DNA of 64,000 nucleotides from Candidatus Latescibacterota bacterium (lineage in GTDB: Bacteria; Latescibacterota; UBA2968; GCA-2709665), in assembly GCA_965219995.1 (NCBI GenBank), contig CBDCOX010000002.1, positions 4,192,001 to 4,256,000 of the forward strand, written 5' to 3'. A program made the position numbers and the translations under genes. Below are positions 22,385 through 30,859 of the stretch, in pieces. The stretch's first letter is position 1; every line of letters starts with the position of its first letter. The notes under the pieces were generated by a model. It had not been told where the DNA came from and did not search any database. It worked only from the letters and a program-made list of their open reading frames with translations.

Positions 22385-22723
22385 TCTGTTTCTCCCACGT
22401 TCGGCGGATGGACGGCGCACGTCCGGCGTCGACCGGACACAATAAAACCCGGGCGGGATAACGGTACGTAAAGCCCGGGGGATTGACTCGTTCTGGAGTT
22501 TCTCGTTTTCCATGCGGCGGCTCGTGCGTCTAGCCGCCCAATTGCGCATTGCGCCGCGCGGACACCAATATATCGGTCTTCCGCGACCCGGTCAACTTAT
22601 TTTTCTGGATTCAGGGGCCCTGCGCGGCGCCGGGCCGTCACCGCGCCTACCGTGATTCTCGGAGCCGGAGGCGACCACAATATCGCGGCCGGCGCCCGAT
22701 GAATCCGGTACCGGATTTTCCGC

Positions 22724-22752
22724 TTGCCAATGTCGTGTGGAGGGACTATATT
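22724..22752 (+). promoter_or_regulatory. sigma70-type promoter of the pyrB leader
   Basis: TTGCCA-17bp-TATATT. Confidence 0.6.
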
Positions 22753-22759
22753 TTTGCGG

Positions 22760-22834
22760 ATGGCATTCTCCTCGAAACGAATTCGAATTTTCCGATTTTT
22801 CGATGCTATGGTTGCCGTATTTCCGCTCCCCTGA
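22760..22834 (+). CDS. putative pyrB leader peptide (24 aa, MAFSSKRIRIFRFFDAMVAVFPLP)
   Basis: ATG at the predicted TSS; T-rich codons; TGA lies in the terminator loop. Confidence 0.55.
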   Translation: MAFSSKRIRIFRFFDAMVAVFPLP

Positions 22835-22850
22835 AGGGGAGCTTTTTTTT
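22825..22850 (+). terminator. attenuator terminator upstream of pyrB
   Basis: GCTCCCC-TGAA-GGGGAGC-TTTTTTTT. Confidence 0.8.
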
Positions 22851-22893
22851 GTGAAAAGCAGTATCAAAACAGCGCCTGAGGGAGGATTGCTCG

Positions 22894-23820
22894 ATGGACA
22901 GCCTGTTCCACGTGGTCGAGGCGCAGCAGTTCAATCGGGAATTGCTGACGGAGATCTTCGCGGTGACGAAAGAGATGGAGGAGGTCGTAAGCGTCTACGG
23001 GTCCAGCATACTCAACCGCCGGATCATGGCCACGCTGTTTTACGAACCCAGTACCCGCACGCGGCTGTCTTTCGAGTCGGCCATGATCCGTCTGGGAGGG
23101 AGCGTGGTCACGACGGAGTCGGCCAGGGAGTTTTCCTCGGCGGCGAAAGGCGAGACCCTCGAAGACACCATCCGCATCGTGGAGGGATACGCGGACGTGA
23201 TTGTGCTCCGGCACTACGAGGGAGGATCCGCACGGCGGGCGGCGGAAGTGGCGTCGGTGCCGGTCTTGAATGCCGGCGACGGCCCGGGTCAGCATCCTAC
23301 GCAAGCCTTGCTCGACGTATATACGATTCAGAAGGAAATCGGCCGGCTGGACGGGATTTCAGTGGCGATGGTGGGCGACCTTGCCAACGGCCGGACCGTG
23401 CGTTCGCTGGCCTATCTGCTCACCCGGTATGAAGACGTCAAGCTGTATTTCGTTGCGCCCGAATTGGTGCGCATGAAGGCCGACATCAAGGAATACCTGA
23501 GCCGGAACGGGGTGTACTTCGAGGAGCGGGAAGATCTGATCGAGGTCGTGCGAAAGGTCGACGTGGTCTATCAGACCAGGATTCAAAGGGAACGCTTCGG
23601 CGACCGGACGCGGGACTACGAAGCGGCGCGAGGGAGATACATCATCGATACGAAGGTGATGGAGGCCCTGTCCGAAAACGGCCGCGTGATGCATCCCCTG
23701 CCCCGTGTTGACGAGATCGACCCCGAGGTGGATACGGACCCCAGGGCGGCCTATTTCCGGCAGGCGCACAACGGGCTCTACATCAGGATGGCGTTGTTGA
23801 AGATGGTGCTGGTCGCGTGA
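22894..23820 (+). CDS. pyrB: aspartate carbamoyltransferase (plant-like)
   Basis: FYEPSTRTRLSFESA, HPTQALLD, HPLPR; no pyrI or pyrC adjacent. Confidence 0.97.
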   Translation: MDSLFHVVEAQQFNRELLTEIFAVTKEMEEVVSVYGSSILNRRIMATLFYEPSTRTRLSFESAMIRLGGSVVTTESAREFSSAAKGETLEDTIRIVEGYADVIVLRHYEGGSARRAAEVASVPVLNAGDGPGQHPTQALLDVYTIQKEIGRLDGISVAMVGDLANGRTVRSLAYLLTRYEDVKLYFVAPELVRMKADIKEYLSRNGVYFEEREDLIEVVRKVDVVYQTRIQRERFGDRTRDYEAARGRYIIDTKVMEALSENGRVMHPLPRVDEIDPEVDTDPRAAYFRQAHNGLYIRMALLKMVLVA

Positions 23821-23909
23821 TCGAATTTGTTTACCGGCGCCTTTTCTCGCGTCGTATCTTGTGTTCTCGGCAACGGTCGGCTTTTTCTCTATCGTAAGGC
23901 CCCTATACC

Positions 23910-26900
23910 ATGACCATAATCAAGTCACTTGAGCGAACCGGCACCTGGCGGACATACTCCGTCGCCGATGGCCTGCCGGGTGTCCGCATCGAACATATCG
24001 CCGAAGACAGCCAGGGATATATCTGGATTGCCACCTCGGACAACGGCGCCAGCCGTTTTGACGGGGACGATTTCCGCACGTTTACCCAACAGGACGGGCT
24101 TTGTGGCAATCGGGTCTTTTTCATTCACAGAGACCGTCAGGAGAAATTGTGGTTTGCCACCATTAATGGCGTTTGCTGGTACGATGGCGCCTCCTTCCAT
24201 CATTTGGAGGACGACGGCATCGCCGGACGCTCCGTCGAGTTTCTCTATGAAGATCGGCAGGGCCGTATATGGTGTGGTGGTTCCGGCACTCTGGGGTATT
24301 ACGACGGTACGGCTTTCCACGACATGATCCCCCTCTACTTGCAACACTACCGGCAGCCACCATCGCCTCAGTGGCCCAGCCTGTGTCGGGGCATTGCCCA
24401 GGATCGCGAAGGACATCTGTGGTTTGGTTTTAATTATCTCATCCGCTACGACGGTAAATCCTTCCACCGTTACGAAGAGGAAGACGGTTTCCCCCAGGTT
24501 CACATCAGCTACATCCTGGGGCAGGGCCCTGCGGGCAACGTGTGGATAAACATGCCGCGAGATCGAGGCATTCTTCATTACCCTGCGAGTGGCGCGTTTC
24601 AGTCTTTTCAGGTAGACCTGACTGGCGGCCTCCGCAAGATTCAATGCGACCGGGACGGAAGGGCGTGGCTCTGCACCTCGCAAGAAGCGCTCTACGAGGA
24701 CGTCGACGGGTTCAACAGGTTCACGCCTGACGATGGCCTGCCCCATCCCATCGTCAAAGCCATGTTCCACGACCACGAGGATCGGTTCTGGTTCGCCACG
24801 TGGGGTGGTGTCGGGGTTTACGATGCACATGGTATAAGCGTGTTCGACCTCGGCGCGCAGCGCCCCGAAAACACGGGCGCGGTCTCGCAAATTGTGCAGG
24901 ACCGGCGAGGGGACTTGTGGATCGGGTACGCGTCTCCCTATCTCTTTCCCAACAAGAAAAGCGTCGGCCGCCTGGAGGGCGATCGCCTCGTACGTGTAGA
25001 GACCGAACGTGGTCTTGAAATTGGTAACTGTTTCGCGATTCACGAGGACCTTGACGGAGACCTGTGGTTTGGCGGTCATAGGGGCCTTTTCCGCTACGAC
25101 GGACAGCAAATGAAGGAAGAAGAACCAATCTCATGCGTACGAGGAAAGAACGTCTGCGCAATCGCACAGGATCATAGTGGAAAATTTATTTTGGGGTATT
25201 GGGAAGGCGGCCCGAAGTCATTGGATGGGCTCTATACCAGCCCACTGAAGATCGTCTACCAATGGGGCGGGCAGTTCCGGACGATTTTTGTGGAGGACGA
25301 CAAGAAAGTCCCGTACGGCCGCATTGGTGCTGTGGTCGCCACGCGCCGAAACGAGCTCTACTTCCATTTGACAGGTGGCGATAGCCTGGCAAGCGGCACC
25401 GGCCTGGCTCGCTGGCATCCCGATGATGGCCTGACATTTTATGGGATCGAAGACGATCTGATAGACAACAACGTCACGGACTTGCTGTTGGACCGGCATG
25501 AAAACCTGTGGATCGCCACTGCGAATGGACTCAGTCGTTTTGACGGCAGCGCATTCCGCACCTTCACAACCGAAGACGGGCTGCCGAACGACCACGTCCG
25601 GTGCCTGTATGAGGACCGGCGCGGACACCTCTGGCTCGGTACTCACGCCGGCGTGGCTCACTACGACGGCCGGCTCTTCCAGACCGTCAACTCACCGCAT
25701 ATAGGACTGGTCTACCGGATACTTGAAGATCGCGACGGAACTTTCTGGTTTGGCACGGCAACCGGTTCCGTGATACGATACCGTCTGCGGCAGACGCCAC
25801 CCCGGATTCGACTGCTTCAGGTTATTGCGGATCGTGTCTATAAGGCCTCGGAGGAAGTCATCCATTCCACCCCGGACCAGCAGGTGGTGTTCGAGTACGC
25901 GGGCAGGAGTTTTTCCACCCCTTCCTCCGACATGCTCTACATCTACCGGCTGAACGGACACGACCCCGATTGGCAGCGTGCGTCCAGGGACAGGCGGGCC
26001 TATTATCGTGACCTGCCGCCTGGAGAATACACCTTCCAGGTAAGGGCCGTGGATCGTGACCTCAATTACTCCAGGATAGCGCAAACGCGGCTTTCGGTAC
26101 AGCCCGACCCGCGTATCGAGGCTCTGACCATTGCGCTCAACAGCCAGGAAAACCGGAAATTCATCGGTCAGAGCACAACCATGCGAGAATTCCAAATCAA
26201 GCTGAGACGCGTGGCGGACACGGACACCAGCGTTCTGATTATGGGCGAAACGGGTGTGGGCAAAGGACTGGCTGCGCGGGCGCTGCATGCCCTCAGCGGC
26301 AATCGCGATGGGCCCTTTATGCAGGTCAACTGCGGCGCTTTGCCGGAGGGGCTGATCGACAGCGAGCTCTTCGGTCACGAAAGAGGCGCTTTCACCGGAG
26401 CCGTTTCCCGCCGGCTGGGCAAGGTGGAACTCGCCACGGGCGGCACGCTCTTTCTGGATGAGATCGGCGATATGTCTCTGGAAACGCAGGCCAGATTGCT
26501 GCGAATCCTGGAAGAGAAGACCTTTGAGCGAGTTGGGGGCAGCCGGACGCTGACACTGCAGACGCGGATTGTGGCGGCGACCAATCGCGATCTGGAGTTG
26601 ATGGTCATCGCTGGTGATCTCCGCGAGGATCTCTACTACCGCTTTCAGGCCTTTCCACTGCGATTGCCACCCCTGCGTGAGCGCCTGGAGGATATACCCC
26701 TCCTGGCCGACTATTTCAAGGATCGAATGGCGGCGCATCTGGGCAGGCGGATCGGCGCCCTGCCGCCGGAGATCATCGAGGAGTTGCAAGCCTGCGACTG
26801 GCCGGGGAACGTACGTGAGCTGGAGCACGCCATGCAGCGTGCCGTCATCGCGTGCCAGGGTTCTCAGATTGGAATGGAAGACCTCGGACTTCGTGAGATT

Positions 26901-27140
26901 GGCGCCCGACCTGGACTCCCGGCGCTTCCATTGACAGGATCCCTGCCCGCTTCTCCGGACTTCGAACTCATACCTCTGGATGAACTTGAACGCCGCTACA
27001 TTCTTGCAGTGCTCGAGGCGACCCGCTGGAAGATCAAGGGGAACGGCGGCGCGGCGGCGCGGCTGGGTTTGCCGTCTTCGACGCTGTATAGCCGTATGAA
27101 GAAACTGGGCATCGAACGAGCAAGTCGTTCAGCTGGTTGA
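23910..27140 (+). CDS. sigma54-dependent activator with N-terminal Reg_prop beta-propeller and Y_Y_Y domains
   Basis: Repeated DGL...I.ED..G.LWF; YIYRLNG...YRDLPPGEYTFQVRAVD; [23 protein letters not shown]-terminal Fis HTH. Confidence 0.9.
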   Translation: MTIIKSLERTGTWRTYSVADGLPGVRIEHIAEDSQGYIWIATSDNGASRFDGDDFRTFTQQDGLCGNRVFFIHRDRQEKLWFATINGVCWYDGASFHHLEDDGIAGRSVEFLYEDRQGRIWCGGSGTLGYYDGTAFHDMIPLYLQHYRQPPSPQWPSLCRGIAQDREGHLWFGFNYLIRYDGKSFHRYEEEDGFPQVHISYILGQGPAGNVWINMPRDRGILHYPASGAFQSFQVDLTGGLRKIQCDRDGRAWLCTSQEALYEDVDGFNRFTPDDGLPHPIVKAMFHDHEDRFWFATWGGVGVYDAHGISVFDLGAQRPENTGAVSQIVQDRRGDLWIGYASPYLFPNKKSVGRLEGDRLVRVETERGLEIGNCFAIHEDLDGDLWFGGHRGLFRYDGQQMKEEEPISCVRGKNVCAIAQDHSGKFILGYWEGGPKSLDGLYTSPLKIVYQWGGQFRTIFVEDDKKVPYGRIGAVVATRRNELYFHLTGGDSLASGTGLARWHPDDGLTFYGIEDDLIDNNVTDLLLDRHENLWIATANGLSRFDGSAFRTFTTEDGLPNDHVRCLYEDRRGHLWLGTHAGVAHYDGRLFQTVNSPHIGLVYRILEDRDGTFWFGTATGSVIRYRLRQTPPRIRLLQVIADRVYKASEEVIHSTPDQQVVFEYAGRSFSTPSSDMLYIYRLNGHDPDWQRASRDRRAYYRDLPPGEYTFQVRAVDRDLNYSRIAQTRLSVQPDPRIEALTIALNSQENRKFIGQSTTMREFQIKLRRVADTDTSVLIMGETGVGKGLAARALHALSGNRDGPFMQVNCGALPEGLIDSELFGHERGAFTGAVSRRLGKVELATGGTLFLDEIGDMSLETQARLLRILEEKTFERVGGSRTLTLQTRIVAATNRDLELMVIAGDLREDLYYRFQAFPLRLPPLRERLEDIPLLADYFKDRMAAHLGRRIGALPPEIIEELQACDWPGNVRELEHAMQRAVIACQGSQIGMEDLGLREIGARPGLPALPLTGSLPASPDFELIPLDELERRYILAVLEATRWKIKGNGGAAARLGLPSSTLYSRMKKLGIERASRSAG

Positions 27141-27213
27141 AGCTGCTGCGCCGGCTGATCAGGCCCGGAGGTCTCGGCTTCCGGCTCGGATGACGGCGTC
27201 CGCCGACCCTCCG

Positions 27214-27345
27214 TAAAGGGCGATATATCGACAAGGACGATATATCGCCCTTTATTCATAAATAACTGTTTTTTTTTGGTAATAAACGAGCCAGGCTGAG
27301 TTATTGGACGAAATATCGCCCAATAATGATCGGCCTGGCTCGTTT
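27214..27345. promoter_or_regulatory. candidate upstream activator sequences (three CGAWATATCG boxes in two long inverted repeats)
   Basis: CGATATATCG at 27221 and 27238 within TAAAGGG...CCCTTTA; CGAAATATCG at 27309 centred in AAACGAGCCAGGC...GCCTGGCTCGTTT. Confidence 0.6.
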
Positions 27346-27421
27346 TGTTGTGTGCCTTGAAGTATTCCTAACCTCTATTAAAACAGCATGTTACGAGATA
27401 TTTTTTTCAGTGCGATACACG

Positions 27422-27436
27422 TGGCACAGGTATTGC
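27422..27436 (+). promoter_or_regulatory. sigma54 -24/-12 promoter
   Basis: TGGCAC-AGGTA-TTGC matches the consensus exactly. Confidence 0.8.
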
Positions 27437-27618
27437 CCTTGTAAGAATGCGTTTCATTCATCCGACCCGACCGGGACCCGCGCCGCGATCGCCTTCGACG
27501 CATGCGTACGGGTTCACCCTCACGCCGCATCCGGATGTTTCCGAGGGCGACCGGCTCGGGCTACCCATCTCAAGGCATTTGAGCCGGTAAGAGACGAATA
27601 CAGACGAGGGATGTCAAA

Positions 27619-30324
27619 ATGGGCAAAATCCGAGCTGCCGCCACCAGGAACCGCCAGACACTTTCGTTCGCCGTTCCATTCGCCGCGGCCGTGTTGCTGT
27701 TTCTATGGGTGCTGATCGCGCCATGGTCGTCTTCTTCGCAGTCCAGCGGCTTTTCGCTGACTCTGGATCTGGATGATGCCGAGGGCGACCAGTCTGTATC
27801 CTCCCTGGACGTGGCTCCAGGCGAGTTGCTTTCCGTCCAGATCTTCGGCGTGGATATTCAGAGCGCCAAGGGCATCGCCGCACGCATCGCGTTCAACACG
27901 ACACAGGTTGGGTACGTGGGGTTCGACACCGGGAACCTGTTGCCGAGTGCCCATACGCTTGTCGTACAGGATTCGGCCGCGATCCGAATAACCATCTCGT
28001 CATTGAGTGGTTCCGCAGCCACGAATGCAGGATTGCTGGGGACGGTACGGTTTCGTACGACCCCCGCATTTACGGACACGGAGATCTGGCTGGTGCGCGC
28101 CGAGATAACCCGCGGTGGTCGTTCGGAGCAGGGACCGGACGTCGTAGGGGTTGTCCTGGAGGTTCCCGTGCCGCCATCCTCGGACTTTAATGAGAGCGGT
28201 GTTGTTGACTTTGCCGACTTCGTGCTGTTTGCAGGCGCATTTGGATACCGGGAGGGCGACGAGGCATTCGATGGCAGATACGATCTGAACGGCGACGAGG
28301 CGATCGCGTTCGACGATTTCGTCATCTTCGCGAGGAGGTTCGGGGAAGCGGTGAACCGTGCGCCGGTGTTCGCGCACGAGCTCCCGGCGGCGCGCTCCGT
28401 GATTGAGAACGCAGCTGCGGGTCAACCTGTCGGCGAATCCGTCTCGGCCACGGACGCGGACGGCGATGCGCTCCGCTACGAGTTGCGAGGGCCGCACGCG
28501 GACCGGTTCAGCATTGACGCGAGCACGGGTCAGCTGCTGACGAGACAAGGGATTGCCTACGACTATGAGGCGCAGGACGCGTATTCCGTAACCGTGCGTG
28601 TCGTGGACGGCAAGGGGGGGCGCGCGCGTCTCCGGGTCAACATCGCCGTTACGGACGCGGAGGAATCGCCGGGCGCGGCGCCGCCGCAGTTCGTGGTGGA
28701 ATACGGCGACGAAGGTGTGACGGTGCGATGGGTCGCATCGACGGACGAGGCGGGGAAGCCGCCGGTGAGCGGATACGAGGTGCAGCGTCGACAGACCGAT
28801 AGTGACGAATGGACGGACCTGTCGATCCTGGAAAGCCGTGGGGATACGAGCCTCACGCTGACGGATCTGATCAGCGACAAGACGTATGAGGTGCGTGTGC
28901 GGACGCTCAACGAGGATGGCGCCAGCGAATGGTCGGCGCCCATCACCGTAAAGGGACCGTCGCCGCCACCTCCACCGCCGCCACCGCCGCCACCACCACC
29001 TCCAACACCTCCACCGCCACCACCGCCACCACCGCCACCACCTCCGCCACCACCTCCGCCACCACCTCCGCCGCCGGCTTCCCATGGTGTCTGCGGCCGT
29101 ACCGCGCAGGTGCGTGATGCGATCGTCGCGTCGGCAGGGGTAAGCACGTGTAGTGAGGTCACGGCGCAACACCTGGCTGCAATCACAGAACTTCAACTGT
29201 GGAGAAAGGACATTACAACATTGGAGGCCAACGATTTTTCCAATATGGGTGCGCTGGTGACGCTCAACCTGAACTACAACAGAATCAGCAGCCTTCCGGC
29301 CGGCATCTTCTCCCATCTTTCAAAACTCGAAAGACTCTGGCTATTCCGCAACGAACTCACCAGCGTAGATGCGAGTCTCTTTTCCGGTCTTTCAGCACTG
29401 AAGGAGCTTGTACTGGCAGCCAATAAACTCAGCAGCATTGATACCAATCTCTTCTCAAGCCTGCCGAATCTGGAATTGCTACGGCTGGACGAGAATGACC
29501 TCACCAGCGTTGATGCGGATCTCTTCTCGAACTTGCGGAACCTTAAGAAACTCGCCTTGGGTACAAACCACATCAGCAGCCTGGATGCGAATATCTTCTC
29601 AAATCTGTCGGCGTTGGAGGAACTCAGCCTGTTCGACAACGACATCACCAGCCTGGATGCGAATCTCTTCTCAAGCCTGCGGAACCTGGTGATGCTAAGT
29701 ATCTCGAATAACCCCTTCGGCACTCTGGACTCGAGCATCTTCTTGAATCTGCGGAAACTGGAGTACCTCGGTCTTGCTGATAATGCGCTCGGTAATCTGG
29801 ATGCGGGTCTCATCTCCAGCTTGTCGGCACTGAAGAGACTTCATCTAAGCGGCAATGGAATCAGCAGCCTGGATGCGGGTTTTTTCTCCAATTTTTCCGA
29901 ACTGGAATTCCTGTCATTGAGCCACAACGAATTCAGCTCCCTGCCGGCCGGTCTATTCACCGGGCTGACGTCACTGACAGAGCTTCGCATATATGGGAAT
30001 CCCACCGACCCGTTGCCCATCACAGTTTCTCTCGAGAAGACGGCGGACGGGCAGTTCAAGGCCAAAGCGCACACGGGAGCGCCTTTCAGGATGTCGCTTC
30101 CACTCCAGGTGGTTAATGGTTCGGTCACCGGCGGCGCGGCCAGCATTGTGATATCCCGGGGCAGCCTGGACAGTGACGCTTTGACGGTAACCCGCACGGC
30201 CGGCACTACCGCCGCCGTGACTGTTGACATCGTCTCGCTTCCCGTCCTGCCGGAAAGATACTACGGCATCGCGCTTGTCAAATCGACCGATCTGCCGCTG
30301 CAGATTATCGCGCCGACGCAGTAA
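27619..30324 (+). CDS. modular surface protein: cohesin-like, EF-hand/dockerin-like, cadherin, FN3, poly-Pro, 24-aa LRR
   Basis: N-terminal hydrophobic segment; DFNESGVVDFADF/DLNGDEAIAFDDF; ATDADGD...DYEAQ..Y.VTV; Y.VRVRTLN..G.SEWS; P14-T-P23; LxxLxLxxNxLxxLxxxxF repeats. Confidence 0.85.
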   Translation: MGKIRAAATRNRQTLSFAVPFAAAVLLFLWVLIAPWSSSSQSSGFSLTLDLDDAEGDQSVSSLDVAPGELLSVQIFGVDIQSAKGIAARIAFNTTQVGYVGFDTGNLLPSAHTLVVQDSAAIRITISSLSGSAATNAGLLGTVRFRTTPAFTDTEIWLVRAEITRGGRSEQGPDVVGVVLEVPVPPSSDFNESGVVDFADFVLFAGAFGYREGDEAFDGRYDLNGDEAIAFDDFVIFARRFGEAVNRAPVFAHELPAARSVIENAAAGQPVGESVSATDADGDALRYELRGPHADRFSIDASTGQLLTRQGIAYDYEAQDAYSVTVRVVDGKGGRARLRVNIAVTDAEESPGAAPPQFVVEYGDEGVTVRWVASTDEAGKPPVSGYEVQRRQTDSDEWTDLSILESRGDTSLTLTDLISDKTYEVRVRTLNEDGASEWSAPITVKGPSPPPPPPPPPPPPPPTPPPPPPPPPPPPPPPPPPPPPPPASHGVCGRTAQVRDAIVASAGVSTCSEVTAQHLAAITELQLWRKDITTLEANDFSNMGALVTLNLNYNRISSLPAGIFSHLSKLERLWLFRNELTSVDASLFSGLSALKELVLAANKLSSIDTNLFSSLPNLELLRLDENDLTSVDADLFSNLRNLKKLALGTNHISSLDANIFSNLSALEELSLFDNDITSLDANLFSSLRNLVMLSISNNPFGTLDSSIFLNLRKLEYLGLADNALGNLDAGLISSLSALKRLHLSGNGISSLDAGFFSNFSELEFLSLSHNEFSSLPAGLFTGLTSLTELRIYGNPTDPLPITVSLEKTADGQFKAKAHTGAPFRMSLPLQVVNGSVTGGAASIVISRGSLDSDALTVTRTAGTTAAVTVDIVSLPVLPERYYGIALVKSTDLPLQIIAPTQ
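28963..29076 (+). repeat. poly-proline CCN tract (37 Pro, 1 Thr)
   Basis: CCG/CCA/CCT codons including tandem CCTCCGCCACCA units. Confidence 0.95.
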
Positions 30325-30616
30325 TTTCAGAACGTCCTCGAATTTACCGGTCGTATTCTTTAGCGTCGGCAATATTTGCGTGACATAGTTGCACGCACAA
30401 ACTGGTTCCTGACAGTTCCTGACGCGAAAGGGAGTTTTGTCGGGTATGGGACCTCTACCGGCCTTGGCACGTTGGCGTTCAGTGGCGTAGAGCGAGGCTT
30501 CCGACGAGCCGATAGGGACAAACGGAGGCAGTCGATGAGGATAGTGAGACGCTTGAATGCATCTGTGGGGCGCCGAAGCAGACCACTTCTCGACTGACGC
30601 AAGCACGGATCACAGT

Positions 30617-30833
30617 CCCCCTTCTTTCAGGAAGGGGGCTAGGCGGTAGGTCTCGAAGGCGGGCAGACATTAGACGCAAGAAATGAGATGAAGTGAGTGC
30701 CGAAAGGCCGGGTAGACGTACGAGATTGCCTGCCCCGAGCGGTTTGATTTCTTGCCGGAGGCAAAAAGGAAGAACCAATCAGGCAAGGATGTCATCTACC
30801 GTCTTCCGTCTCACGTCTCCCCGCCTTTAGGGG
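30617..30833. repeat. hairpin plus second heptamer-arm intergenic element
   Basis: CCCCCTTC-tttcag-GAAGGGGG; CGTCTTCCGTCTCACGTCTCCCCGCCTTTAGGG. Confidence 0.55.
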
Positions 30834-30859
30834 GTCGGTGGCGGTGGGTGGGATGCCTG

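Noticed and set aside
22390-22560. ZTP or glycine riboswitch upstream of glyA
   Set aside because: Hairpins are present but I could not match the conserved aptamer motifs.
28563-29186. Poly-Gly and Trp/Arg-rich antisense ORFs
   Set aside because: Shadow frames of the poly-proline tract.
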